Shown piece by piece: positions 48,686 through 58,376 of a stretch of DNA of 64,000 nucleotides. The stretch lies in IMG/VR virus record IMGVR_UViG_3300027763_000057, positions 3,525 through 67,524 of that record; one strand, written 5' to 3'. The first letter of the stretch is position 1. The number at the start of each line of letters is the position of its first letter. The position numbers and the translations under genes were made by a program. This stretch comes from a virus. Its lineage: Duplodnaviria; Caudoviricetes. Below the pieces are notes generated by a model. It worked only from the letters and a program-made list of their open reading frames with translations, ran no database searches and was not told where the DNA came from.

Positions 48686-50676
48686 ATTGCGTCTATAACC
48701 ATACTAGCGGGTATTGTCCTTTGACATTCAAAGTCTTTATTTCTAGGACACCACAACCAATGCGGGTCTAATTTAATATTTGGGTCATTCCAACATCCAT
48801 GACATACATCTGGTTTGGTTATTCTATAACATTCAAACTCATGGTCTGATTCTGTAAAGTTAGAAATCATAACTATTTTTTGATTTAAAGCATAGGCTAG
48901 CCAAGACAAACCACTAGATAATCCTATAAATAGTTTAGCTCCTGCGATTACATCCATTGTATTTCTAATATCAGTATTGGTTATTTTGGTGCAATTATCA
49001 AATGGGTTATCTTCCTTTGAAACATTATATACATCGTACCCCAATCCATGCATGTAATTTATTACTTCTTGCCATCCTTCTCTAGTCCAAAACTTACATT
49101 CCATTGTGGAATTTGTGGCAATAGCTACATACTTCCAACTAGGTATTCTAAATTGATTTGAATGGTTTAATTTAGGTCGTAATGGCTTATAATCAAGTCC
49201 TAATATATTAGTAGCTGCTTGTTGTAAAGGGATGGTATTGCATAGCACAGGTTCTTTATTCTCATCCCACTTCCATCCTATTCTATAAAGGGCATAACAA
49301 TTTACCGTAGTCCCCGGCTCTACCAATTCTAATTCTGGATAATCTAATATATGGTTCCAATAGGTAGATAAAACAACTTGGCAATTATGCTTCTTTTGGA
49401 ATTCTAGGGCGTATCCTGTCCATGCAATTGAATCTCCTAGTGATTTACTATCCAATACTATAAAGACGGTCTTATTTGCCAAATTTAGAGTGTTTTTGTA
49501 GATGAGATGACCATCTTGCCAAACCTTTGCAGTCCATTTGGTAAAATATTGCCTATTCAAACGCACCCAAGAATTAGATTTAATGGTGTTTTCATAGTGG
49601 CATTTACCTTGTTCATCATAAAATTTAACCTCAAAATCACTATCCGACTCCCCCTTGATTTCCAAAAAAGCACCATCTACAAAATGCTGGTTAATGGATA
49701 TCTTTTGTTTTTGTGCAGGCATTTGTAATAATTTTCTATAAGCTTCTTCGTGTTTAAAGGCAAATATTGGTGCGGTATTGTCCGTTGGTATTTCGTAATT
49801 AGCTTTAATGATATATAAATCACTATCAATTGGCTGTAAATAATCTGTAAACATATCGCCATATTGAGGTAGATTCCTAGCTATAATAGGTAATCCATAA
49901 CTAATCGCTTCACGCAAGACTAATGGGTTACATTCCCAAGTAGAGTTAAACATAAAAATATTAGCTGTTTCCATCCAAGCACCTATGTCATTTCTTTCTC
50001 CCCACACCTTAACATTCGGTGGCAAATCTTTCATTAATGGTTCCCAATATTCTTTAAAATTCCCAGCTTGATTGCCAACAAAATTAAAAGCATAGTCAGG
50101 ATATTTTCTTGCAATTTCAATTCCTTCACCTTGATTCTTTCCCGGAGTCCATAATCCTACATTTAAAACACTTCTAGCATTACGCATACTAAAATTCTGT
50201 TTTTTATCTATTGGATATTCTATTGTAACAAATTTAGATTCCATATTGGCAAATGTTTGCTCGTGATATGGAGTACAAAATGCATACAAGTCTGGATGAA
50301 ATATTTTTTCGTTATCTGGATTGAATATAATATCATGGCAAGTTTCTACAATTCTGTATTTCCTATCAGAACTATAAAGCTTTTTAATCATATCCCTATC
50401 CAATCTTTCTGATGGTTCATCTATATGGATAATATCGGGTTGCCATTCTTCAATGACCTTGAATAGCTCCATTTTATTCTCATAAAGGGTAGTAAAATTA
50501 CTACCAATTATTTCTTTTATAGCATTGCGCTGCACTACAAAATCCAAGCTATGGCATTGATACTCTACTACATAATACTCATTATCAGTATATTCTTTAA
50601 GACTTTGGATTCTTTTAAGTATAAATTGCGGGCATCCACCTGTTGATAAGTGTGGTGCTAAAAATAATATCCTCAT
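48667..50676 (-). CDS. GT4-like domain fused to an Aah/TibC-like protein O-glycosyltransferase (GT-B)
   Basis: N-term HLSTGG, KNQ, ECNPLVLREA; C-term SLGDSIAW, FIGLSSGLSWLA, CHGCWND...WCP...FEC. Confidence 0.85.
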   Translation of the reverse strand: MRILFLAPHLSTGGCPQFILKRIQSLKEYTDNEYYVVEYQCHSLDFVVQRNAIKEIIGSNFTTLYENKMELFKVIEEWQPDIIHIDEPSERLDRDMIKKLYSSDRKYRIVETCHDIIFNPDNEKIFHPDLYAFCTPYHEQTFANMESKFVTIEYPIDKKQNFSMRNARSVLNVGLWTPGKNQGEGIEIARKYPDYAFNFVGNQAGNFKEYWEPLMKDLPPNVKVWGERNDIGAWMETANIFMFNSTWECNPLVLREAISYGLPIIARNLPQYGDMFTDYLQPIDSDLYIIKANYEIPTDNTAPIFAFKHEEAYRKLLQMPAQKQKISINQHFVDGAFLEIKGESDSDFEVKFYDEQGKCHYENTIKSNSWVRLNRQYFTKWTAKVWQDGHLIYKNTLNLANKTVFIVLDSKSLGDSIAWTGYALEFQKKHNCQVVLSTYWNHILDYPELELVEPGTTVNCYALYRIGWKWDENKEPVLCNTIPLQQAATNILGLDYKPLRPKLNHSNQFRIPSWKYVAIATNSTMECKFWTREGWQEVINYMHGLGYDVYNVSKEDNPFDNCTKITNTDIRNTMDVIAGAKLFIGLSSGLSWLAYALNQKIVMISNFTESDHEFECYRITKPDVCHGCWNDPNIKLDPHWLWCPRNKDFECQRTIPASMVIDAIKKAGI

Positions 50677-52025
50677 AGTTTTATAAATTCATTAATTTTT
50701 TCAATATTTTTTTCTCCATGAAAGAATAATAATTGTCTTTCTGTAGCAGGTATTTTTACCCAATCTGAAATCAAATTGTTATATCCTGTAAATATTAAAT
50801 TCTTTCTTAACCCATTAACGTAGCAATAGGGTAATCCTTTGTATTGCTTGTATTTCCAAAGAAGGCAGTTGGCTATTGTTTCTTCGTTAAATGGGGCGTA
50901 CCAACCATTATTCCTCATTATTGATGGGTGTTGACATAACCATGACCATTCTGCCAACCAATCCAAACAATTCTGTCCCGCTACAAAATAACCAGTTTGT
51001 TTATACATTCCACGATTCTGCTGATTTATGCCAAATAATTTACAAGCCGGAGCTTCCAATGTGCCACTTAAATCATCTCTACTATCAGCTCCACCTCTGC
51101 CATTAACCAATAAATATTCATATATCCCTTCTGTAAAGTAAGGGTAGGCAGAATCAACATCAAAATAATCAAAGATTGAATCTACATTTTTTGTAGCTAC
51201 ACTATCAGTATCTATATAAGCCACCACTTCAGCATAGTTTTCAAGTGCATGATGTAGTATTTTGGGGCGTTCAATGAGTAATTTGTATATCTGCTTATCC
51301 TCCCTATCAATAAAATCTTTTCTTTTGTTTAAATGTATTACATCACAATCCCATCTTATTGTAATGGTATTCATGACACTTACTTTCTTATCTGAATTAA
51401 GCATATAAACCAATATAGGAATATCATTGCTATTTCTAATAGAACGACAACAAGCATCCACAAGGTCAAAATAGGAATCATCAGCGTAAAGGATAAAAGC
51501 TTTTTCATATTTTGGTTTTTTGTTTATGTAATAGCCATAATACTCATTGCCATAAAGAAATCCCAATTCTGGGTATCTTTGTTTCATTATTTCAGGCGTA
51601 AGGTCAGGCTGTAAATGGGTTTCATGGATATTGCCCTCATGCTCTCCTTGTTCCATTTGATATGGAATTGCTACAATAAAATATTTACAATGTTTAGATA
51701 TATCTTTTATTAATCTTTGACCATCTTCAATGTTTAAATGCTCTAAAATATCTCCAAGTATGCACATATCATAGTTTTCAAGAGTAGGTGCATATACATC
51801 AAGTACATCCATTTCCATTACAACATCATATTTATCTTTAAGATTATACTTTTTTATGTATGGTTCCCATATTTCTATAGCATCCATTTTATACCCATAA
51901 TCCCGTAATAAATTGCTATAAGTTCCGCATCCTGCACCAATATCTAATATTTTAGCATCTAAAGATACATTCTCTAATATCCAATTTTTAATTGAATCTT
52001 TGTATAATTGATAACTTGTTGGCAT
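50673..52025 (-). CDS. SAM methyltransferase fused to a GT-A glycosyltransferase-like domain
   Basis: ILDIGAGCG, GDILEHL; YIDTDS DxD motif, NEETIAN. Confidence 0.75.
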   Translation of the reverse strand: MPTSYQLYKDSIKNWILENVSLDAKILDIGAGCGTYSNLLRDYGYKMDAIEIWEPYIKKYNLKDKYDVVMEMDVLDVYAPTLENYDMCILGDILEHLNIEDGQRLIKDISKHCKYFIVAIPYQMEQGEHEGNIHETHLQPDLTPEIMKQRYPELGFLYGNEYYGYYINKKPKYEKAFILYADDSYFDLVDACCRSIRNSNDIPILVYMLNSDKKVSVMNTITIRWDCDVIHLNKRKDFIDREDKQIYKLLIERPKILHHALENYAEVVAYIDTDSVATKNVDSIFDYFDVDSAYPYFTEGIYEYLLVNGRGGADSRDDLSGTLEAPACKLFGINQQNRGMYKQTGYFVAGQNCLDWLAEWSWLCQHPSIMRNNGWYAPFNEETIANCLLWKYKQYKGLPYCYVNGLRKNLIFTGYNNLISDWVKIPATERQLLFFHGEKNIEKINEFIKL

Positions 52026-52075
52026 ATTTTTTGAGCAAAGTTATATAATTAATTTAATTAAATTATCTTTATTAC

Positions 52076-52447
52076 ATGAAAATAGAAGTAAGCATAGGGG
52101 AAGTGGTAGATAAATATACCATTCTAACCATCAAAAAGCTATTCATACATGATAGCGAAAAGTTAGCAAATGTAGATAAGGAGTGGAAAATAATAAAATC
52201 CGCCCTATCAAGAAAGTATCCAGAAACATTAGCCGAGCCATTAACCCAAGAGCTTTACGACATAAACAAAAAGCTATGGAAGGTGGAAGATGACCTACGG
52301 GATTGCGAGCATAAAAGTTACTTTGGAGAGAGATTTTTGGAGTTAGCACGAGAAGTGTACCAATTAAATGATGTGAGAGCTATTATTAAAAAACAAATTA
52401 ATATAAAATACGGCTCCGAATTGGTAGAAGAGAAGTCATACAAATAA
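52076..52447 (+). CDS. DUF6165-like protein
   Basis: VSIGEVVDKYTIL...LWKVED...EEKSY. Confidence 0.75.
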   Translation: MKIEVSIGEVVDKYTILTIKKLFIHDSEKLANVDKEWKIIKSALSRKYPETLAEPLTQELYDINKKLWKVEDDLRDCEHKSYFGERFLELAREVYQLNDVRAIIKKQINIKYGSELVEEKSYK

Positions 52448-52503
52448 AATGTGCAAATTGGTAAATATAATTGAATATTAATTATATTTGATAAAAAATT
52501 GAC

Positions 52504-52689
52504 ATGACTCAACATAATTTAGCGGACACATCGGCATCAATAAGCATACTATCGGCAGTCGTTACTATCAGTTCCATTCAGCCATATGTTAGCTTAACTG
52601 CGGGTTTGGTTGCTATTGTTTCGGGTATTTTTGCAATAAGGTACTATTATTGGAAAACCAAAAACCTTAAAAAAGATGGCAAGCGCTAA
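52504..52689 (+). CDS. putative holin
   Basis: Two hydrophobic segments, basic C-terminus, in lysis cluster; TATATTTG at 52483. Confidence 0.6.
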   Translation: MTQHNLADTSASISILSAVVTISSIQPYVSLTAGLVAIVSGIFAIRYYYWKTKNLKKDGKR

Positions 52690-53227
52690 AAATATATTAA
52701 TACTTTTATTAATATTAGTTTTACTTTTTTTTGTATTAGGTGATTCCACTTACATAAAAGGCGACCACATAATAACGAGGGTAGATACCTTAATAAAGGA
52801 TACTACAATATACAAATATAAGAAAGGGAAAGACATCCCTTTTGTCGTTTTAGATACAATCCATCAAGTAGATGAGATTCACGATACAATCAAAATTATA
52901 TCCGATTATAGCCGCACATATGCGTATTACGATACGCTAAAAATAGATTCAGCTCAATATGTTTATGTGAGCGATACTATTAGTCAAAACAAAATTTTAG
53001 GCAGAGGTTATGGCGGACATTTTGTACAAAAAACAATCACAATAAAGAACGACATCTACCGTAAGCCTAAAAATGAATTATATCTAGGGTTTGTAGGCGA
53101 TTACAGAAGATTTGACCAAAAACTAGGAGTTGGAGTAGGGGTTATTTATAAAAAGCAAAAAGAGAGTTACACTTTTAATTATACCACAAATCAGATAAGC
53201 GTAGGAATTTATAAAAAGTTATTCTAA
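52676..53227 (+). CDS. membrane-anchored protein (spanin-like)
   Basis: N-terminal TM, DT-rich segment, beta C-terminus. Confidence 0.5.
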   Translation: MASAKNILILLLILVLLFFVLGDSTYIKGDHIITRVDTLIKDTTIYKYKKGKDIPFVVLDTIHQVDEIHDTIKIISDYSRTYAYYDTLKIDSAQYVYVSDTISQNKILGRGYGGHFVQKTITIKNDIYRKPKNELYLGFVGDYRRFDQKLGVGVGVIYKKQKESYTFNYTTNQISVGIYKKLF

Positions 53228-53619
53228 TGACACAAGAAGATAGAAACGAAAAGATTGCTGAAACATTAGCAGCGAATCAGTCTAAATCAGGTTTAGTTGA
53301 AAAGCTAGTCTTTACACTTTTACCTATATGCGTATCTGCTATTGGATGGTTATTAACCCAAGTAAGCACTTTAAACAATCAAATAACTGTCTTAAATAAC
53401 AAGATTGCGGTGGTAGTAACTGCTGAAAATAAAGCTATCCCCCCACAGGGAACGACTATTGAAATGGAAGCAATTAGGGCAGCGGCAGCACAAAGTAGGG
53501 CAGATATGAAGATGGAAATCCTTGATAGAATGACAAACATAAAAGAATCAGCAGCATCAGAAAGAGCAGAAATCAAACAAAGATTAGCAGTTTTAGAATA
53601 TAAAAATAAATTAAAATGA
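53227..53619 (+). CDS. membrane protein with coiled coil
   Basis: Single TM followed by coiled coil, in lysis cluster. Confidence 0.55.
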   Translation: MTQEDRNEKIAETLAANQSKSGLVEKLVFTLLPICVSAIGWLLTQVSTLNNQITVLNNKIAVVVTAENKAIPPQGTTIEMEAIRAAAAQSRADMKMEILDRMTNIKESAASERAEIKQRLAVLEYKNKLK

Positions 53620-53840
53620 AACAATTTTTTTGTGAAGATAATGGAAGGTTATCTATGAAGCGTTTATGTGGTTTGATGTGTGTTTTAGCGTTATGTATTA
53701 CAATGTATCACAATTCATTTAGTGAGTTAAATAAAGCACCTAGTGAAGCATTAGTTTATGCGGTTGCTAGTTTGGCTTTTGGATGCCTAGGTTTAACTAC
53801 AGCAGAAAAGATATTTAAAAAAGAAGAACCAAAATCATAA
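53616..53840 (+). CDS. putative holin
   Basis: GRLSMKR plus two TMs, upstream of endolysin. Confidence 0.6.
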   Translation: MKQFFCEDNGRLSMKRLCGLMCVLALCITMYHNSFSELNKAPSEALVYAVASLAFGCLGLTTAEKIFKKEEPKS

Positions 53841-53843
53841 TAT

Positions 53844-54314
53844 ATGAAAATTTCAGAACATTTAGATTTATCAGAAGTTATCCGTAGCGAAACCGCAAAG
53901 CGTCATGGCATTTCAAATATGCCAACAGAAGAACATATAGCTAACTTTAAATTGTTAGCAGAAAATGTATTTGAAAAAGTAAGGAATCATTTCCGTTGTC
54001 CTATCCACATTAGTTCTGGATACAGAAGCAAAGAGCTTAATGCTTGTACGCCGGGGGCATCACCTACATCACAGCATAGCACAGGTGAAGCAATTGATAT
54101 AGATATGGATGGTAGTGCAAATGGGGTTACCAACACAATGGTATTTATTTACATTAAAGATAATTTAGAATTTGACCAATTAATATGGGAGTTTGGTACT
54201 AATGAGAATCCCGATTGGGTTCATGTTTCGTATGAGAGTACGGGTAAACAAAGAAAGCAAATTTTAAAAGCTACAAGAGTAAACGGGAAGCCTCACTACC
54301 AAACATACAAATAG
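53844..54314 (+). CDS. endolysin, peptidase M15A family
   Basis: SSGYRS...SQHSTGEAID...WVHVSY. Confidence 0.92.
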   Translation: MKISEHLDLSEVIRSETAKRHGISNMPTEEHIANFKLLAENVFEKVRNHFRCPIHISSGYRSKELNACTPGASPTSQHSTGEAIDIDMDGSANGVTNTMVFIYIKDNLEFDQLIWEFGTNENPDWVHVSYESTGKQRKQILKATRVNGKPHYQTYK

Positions 54315-54318
54315 CTTT

Positions 54319-55311
54319 ATGCAAAATGGCAACGCAAAAATAGCAAGAGAATATAGAACAAAACACCCCGACTTCCCTACTAAAAAATTAGCAAGGATAA
54401 TGTACGCTGAAAATAATTTAACATTCACAAATGAGGAAAGCGCAAGGACTTGTTTGAGATATATTGAGGGGAAAAAAGGTAATCTTGAAAGAAAATTCGC
54501 TTCTCCAGAATTATTTAAAGAAGGCGAACGCCCTAGAAATCCATACAATTTACCGACATCAGATGAAACTGCTTTTGAACCATACATATTTAAAGGGCAT
54601 AAAAAAATTCTAATATTATCTGATATCCATGTCCCTTACCATAGCATAGATGCAATTACTGCTGCCATCCAATACGCAAAGAAATCAAAACCCGATGCGT
54701 TACTATTGAACGGAGATACCATTGACTGCCATAGATTGAGCAGATTTATAAAAGACCCAAAGAAAAGAAACTTTAAGCTAGAGTTAGATACATTTAGAGC
54801 ATTGTTTGATGTCTTTGAAAAGGAACTAAAGTGTAAGATATATTTTAAAATAGGCAACCACGAAGAAAGATACGAGCATTTTCTTTTTGAGAAAGCCGCT
54901 GAATTAGTGGGAGTAGAAGAATTTGACTTTGAAAATATTATTAGAGCAAGAGCCAGAGGCATAGAAATGATAGGGGACAAGCGACCAATGAAGTTTAATA
55001 ATCTATGGGGCATACATGGTCATGAATATGTGGGTGGAATTTCAGCACCCGTAAACCCTGCAAGGGGATTATTTTTAAAAGCAAAGGTCAGTACCTTTCA
55101 AGGACATAACCACCAAACATCGGAACACACAGAACCTACCCTTACGGGCAAAATGGTAACTACTTGGTCATTGGGTTGCCTTTCGGAATTACATCCCCAA
55201 TACATGCCTCTAAATAAGTGGAATCATGGTTTTGCAGAGGTAGAGCTTGACTCGAACGGGGAAGACTTTGAATTTAATAATAAACGTATATTTAAGGGTA
55301 AAATAGTATAA
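54319..55311 (+). CDS. calcineurin-like metallophosphoesterase
   Basis: DIH, GD, GNHE, HGH, GHNH motifs. Confidence 0.9.
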   Translation: MQNGNAKIAREYRTKHPDFPTKKLARIMYAENNLTFTNEESARTCLRYIEGKKGNLERKFASPELFKEGERPRNPYNLPTSDETAFEPYIFKGHKKILILSDIHVPYHSIDAITAAIQYAKKSKPDALLLNGDTIDCHRLSRFIKDPKKRNFKLELDTFRALFDVFEKELKCKIYFKIGNHEERYEHFLFEKAAELVGVEEFDFENIIRARARGIEMIGDKRPMKFNNLWGIHGHEYVGGISAPVNPARGLFLKAKVSTFQGHNHQTSEHTEPTLTGKMVTTWSLGCLSELHPQYMPLNKWNHGFAEVELDSNGEDFEFNNKRIFKGKIV

Positions 55312-55312
55312 T

Positions 55313-55585
55313 GTGCGAATTAAAATTATATATCGTAAGTTAGGTAAAGAACAAGCCTATGGGATTTCATCAAGTGATGGCGTTATTGAGATTGATAGTC
55401 GGCTTCGTTCTAAAAAATTACTAGAGGTGCTTATACATGAAATTTTTCACCTTTTGCAGCCTCAAGACACCGAAGAGGAAATTATTAAGAAATCAGTAAC
55501 TTTAACAAAGCTATTGTGGAAGGAGGGATATAGACGAATTGACCAAGCAAAAGATTACGAACCTTTACAAGATGGTAGTAAATGA
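55313..55585 (+). CDS. small HExxH zincin-like protein
   Basis: LIHEIFH...EE; GTG start. Confidence 0.65.
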   Translation: MRIKIIYRKLGKEQAYGISSSDGVIEIDSRLRSKKLLEVLIHEIFHLLQPQDTEEEIIKKSVTLTKLLWKEGYRRIDQAKDYEPLQDGSK

Positions 55586-55616
55586 AACGCCCCCTAGAAA
55601 GGAGGCGAGTTTTTTT
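55585..55616. terminator. terminator between late and early modules
   Basis: CGCCCCCT-AGAA-AGGAGGCG with T run; pairs better (G-U) on minus strand. Confidence 0.75.
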
Positions 55617-55650
55617 ACTATCTATAATCTATAACATGAACACAAAGATA

Positions 55651-55845
55651 CTATATTTCGGGTATTTCGGGTTTAATAATTAATTCGTAACAATCTTTTC
55701 CATCGGGTTTGATTTCAATCATCCATATCTTATAAATTCTCCTTCTATTATAACTATCATTATATCGGTATTCTCTTATTAATTTATCGTTCTTGAATAG
55801 ATACATTTTTCCTTTCGCTCGATACCATTCTTTCTCTTTTTTCAT
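55651..55845 (-). CDS. hypothetical protein
   Basis: Early-region ORF. Confidence 0.5.
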   Translation of the reverse strand: MKKEKEWYRAKGKMYLFKNDKLIREYRYNDSYNRRRIYKIWMIEIKPDGKDCYELIIKPEIPEI

Positions 55846-55952
55846 CTTGTAGCTTTTTTATCTCCAATTTTAATTCTTTTACACGCTCTCTTAAAGTTTC
55901 ATTTTCTATGGACAATAACATTGTTTGCTTTAATTCATAGTTATTTTTCATA

Positions 55953-56171
55953 TTATATAATTTCTAAAAAAGCTCTTTTATTGACAAAAGATTCTATGAT
56001 TTCACATTCTATTTCGTGCATCTCTTTTTCATCAGTATTATCCTTCATAAGTCTAAATCTAAATAATCCTATAAGTACTTCACAGCAATCAAGCTGTTCG
56101 TTGTTAGTACATGAATTAATGCAATTAAGTATCCATTCTACATTTCTTTGATTGTAATTTTCTTTGTTCAT
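55953..56171 (-). CDS. hypothetical protein
   Basis: Early-region ORF with A-rich leader. Confidence 0.65.
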   Translation of the reverse strand: MNKENYNQRNVEWILNCINSCTNNEQLDCCEVLIGLFRFRLMKDNTDEKEMHEIECEIIESFVNKRAFLEII

Positions 56172-56188
56172 TTAGTTTATATTTTAAA

Positions 56189-56392
56189 TTAAAAATTCGC
56201 CAACACGGTTATAACATGGATTTTCCCTATTCTGTTATATTTCACCACTTCTGGCAACGGCATCCCGTTTTTAATCCTGTACTTTACGGCTTGTTGTGTT
56301 ATTTGTTGATTAGGAAATTTTCTATTAGCCCTAAAGTGAGAAGGGTTTATTTTTTGAGAATATTCCATTAAACTAATTTGTTTAGTTTTCAT
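56189..56392 (-). CDS. putative HTH DNA-binding protein
   Basis: SLMEYS...ITQQAVKYRIKNG. Confidence 0.55.
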   Translation of the reverse strand: MKTKQISLMEYSQKINPSHFRANRKFPNQQITQQAVKYRIKNGMPLPEVVKYNRIGKIHVITVLANF

Positions 56393-56578
56393 TTATTTTT
56401 CTATTGTTTTAATGGTTTCCTTTATTGTCCCCGTAGGGTTATCTTTTAATAAATCAAAAAATCCTTCAGCTTGTTTTAAATTTTCAGTAGCAGTATTGCT
56501 TACATATTTGCCATCCATTTCAACGGAATACAAAATTGTTCCGTTTATTTTTGTTTCTTTTACTAATTCTAATTTCAT
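56393..56578 (-). CDS. hypothetical protein
   Basis: Early-region ORF. Confidence 0.65.
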   Translation of the reverse strand: MKLELVKETKINGTILYSVEMDGKYVSNTATENLKQAEGFFDLLKDNPTGTIKETIKTIEK

Positions 56579-56598
56579 TTTTTTGGTTTTTGTTTTTT

Positions 56599-57258
56599 TT
56601 AAAATTTATATACTTTTGTTTCTTTTCTACATTTTACTTGCCAATCGTGGTTATTTAATTCTTGAAATCCAAAAGTTAATTTGCTATCAATTTTTTTAAT
56701 AACCAATCCTTCATACATATCAACTTTAACAATGTCTTGATACAATTTAGAAAACCCGTTCATATACGTAGGTGCTTTATATATATTGTTCAAATTAGTT
56801 AGGCAAAGGTGTTCGTAATATTCCAAGCCATCACGGGTTATTCTTCCCCTTTCGGATGGATATGTTTCTTCAAGTAGGTTTAATCTTGTCATTAAGTCGT
56901 CCCCTATTAGATATTGGTCTGCCCATACAAGTATATCCCATATAATAAACTTATCCTTTTCTTTAGTGCCATTTTCCCCTAATTTACCCTTGTTAAGATA
57001 CTCACCCGTATATACATACCATTGGTCGGAGTGTGCCAATCCCTTAAAATCTATATCAGCACTATACCAAGATAAAGGTTGTTTGTGTCGGTTGTAGACA
57101 TACAAATCAGTCCCATTAGTGAATACGATACAACAAGTTCCATTGTACTTCGGTTGTACCACATATTCGCCATTGTCAAAAGTATGCAAGTCCTTCGGGG
57201 GTATCTTAAATTCTGGACGGGGCGGGTATATGTAATTAAAATTTAAATAAGGTATCAT
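56599..57258 (-). CDS. ATP-dependent ligase-like nucleotidyltransferase (adenylation domain only)
   Basis: Motifs I QPKYNG, III TGEY, IIIa IWDIL, IV EGLVIK, V WQVKCR. Confidence 0.8.
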   Translation of the reverse strand: MIPYLNFNYIYPPRPEFKIPPKDLHTFDNGEYVVQPKYNGTCCIVFTNGTDLYVYNRHKQPLSWYSADIDFKGLAHSDQWYVYTGEYLNKGKLGENGTKEKDKFIIWDILVWADQYLIGDDLMTRLNLLEETYPSERGRITRDGLEYYEHLCLTNLNNIYKAPTYMNGFSKLYQDIVKVDMYEGLVIKKIDSKLTFGFQELNNHDWQVKCRKETKVYKF

Positions 57259-57494
57259 ATAAAATATTTATCAAAAATTTCGTTAAAAATGTTTTGTCTA
57301 TTAGATGCTACACAATTTACTTCTTCAATAAATTCTTCCCATTGGTCGTCTGCTATACGAATATCCCATCTATCTGCTAATGATTGCCACATTACCATAA
57401 AGTCTTCCATATCTAAATAAGGTAGGTGGTTATCTTTAAACATTACATACATAGTTTCCCTTAACATTTGGTGTTTACTTAATTTCTTGTCCAT
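57255..57494 (-). CDS. hypothetical protein
   Basis: Coupled ORF. Confidence 0.6.
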   Translation of the reverse strand: MDKKLSKHQMLRETMYVMFKDNHLPYLDMEDFMVMWQSLADRWDIRIADDQWEEFIEEVNCVASNRQNIFNEIFDKYFI

Positions 57495-57622
57495 TGTATT
57501 ATTCTTTTAAGTTCAAAAAATAGATTCATGGTGCAAAGAAGTATAATTGCAATCGGTAATCCAATGACTAATAATTTAATCATTTCGTACATAAATATTG
57601 AGGTTGCTTTAATCATCTTCAT
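57479..57622 (-). CDS. small membrane protein (start re-called at 57622)
   Basis: One TM helix; upstream frame is occupied by another small gene. Confidence 0.5.
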   Translation of the reverse strand: MKMIKATSIFMYEMIKLLVIGLPIAIILLCTMNLFFELKRIIQWTRN

Positions 57623-57761
57623 AAGTTTTAACATTAACAAATTCAATATGTACTTCGGGGCTATTGTAAGATATTCCCAAGCAATCGCATATATCTTTCC
57701 ATATATAAGTTTTCTCAAAGTCTTCGGGGTATAATGTTAATTTTTTTATTGTATCGCTCAT
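57609..57761 (-). CDS. 50-aa hypothetical protein, paralogue of 59838-60005 (not in ORF track)
   Basis: MSDTIKKLTLYPEDFEKTYIWKDICDCLGI... Confidence 0.65.
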   Translation of the reverse strand: MSDTIKKLTLYPEDFEKTYIWKDICDCLGISYNSPEVHIEFVNVKTYEDD

Positions 57762-57765
57762 ATAA

Positions 57766-58350
57766 TTATTTTTTAAGTGCTATAATAGGGTTAATTAATT
57801 CAAAAACCTGTTCGGGGTTATCATACTGCATTAAGCGGTCTATACTTCCCTTTGCCACTGAAAAAGTCTTCTCGCCACTAATAAGGTTACCTTTATCCAT
57901 ATCGTCAATGGCGGGGCTATTAAGTATAAGTTCACTTAATACTTGTCCGTATTTTTCTACTAATTCAGCATTAAATTTATACACTACATTTTCAGCCAAT
58001 AACCCGCCAAAGTTTGCCAATATACCCGCCTTTGTTTCATCAACAATAGTGTATTTATCCATTACAATAAGCATACAAGTATTACCCGTTTCGTCTTGAA
58101 TCTTAAAATTATCGGGTGTACTTTTTTGTTGTCGGTATTCCTTCATAAATAAGTCTTTACCTACTGACTTGATGTCCCCTTCAATCATTTTTAGTTCCCC
58201 CGTAGCGGAGTCTATTATTTGTTTGAGGTCTGCATATCGTTTTACTTTATCTGCCAATAAAGGGGCTTTAATGACCTTTTTATCGGTCTTTTTAATTGTT
58301 TCTTTAACTTTTGTTGCGGTTGCAAATAAGTTGGTTGTTTGTGTGTTCAT
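57766..58350 (-). CDS. hypothetical protein
   Basis: 194-aa ORF with its own promoter. Confidence 0.75.
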   Translation of the reverse strand: MNTQTTNLFATATKVKETIKKTDKKVIKAPLLADKVKRYADLKQIIDSATGELKMIEGDIKSVGKDLFMKEYRQQKSTPDNFKIQDETGNTCMLIVMDKYTIVDETKAGILANFGGLLAENVVYKFNAELVEKYGQVLSELILNSPAIDDMDKGNLISGEKTFSVAKGSIDRLMQYDNPEQVFELINPIIALKK

Positions 58351-58376
58351 TTGTTTTTTTAGTTTTTTAATTTAAT

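Noticed and set aside
55784-55951. 55-aa coiled-coil ORF on the minus strand
   Set aside because: Plausible, but it overlaps 55651-55845 by ~60 nt and I could not decide between them
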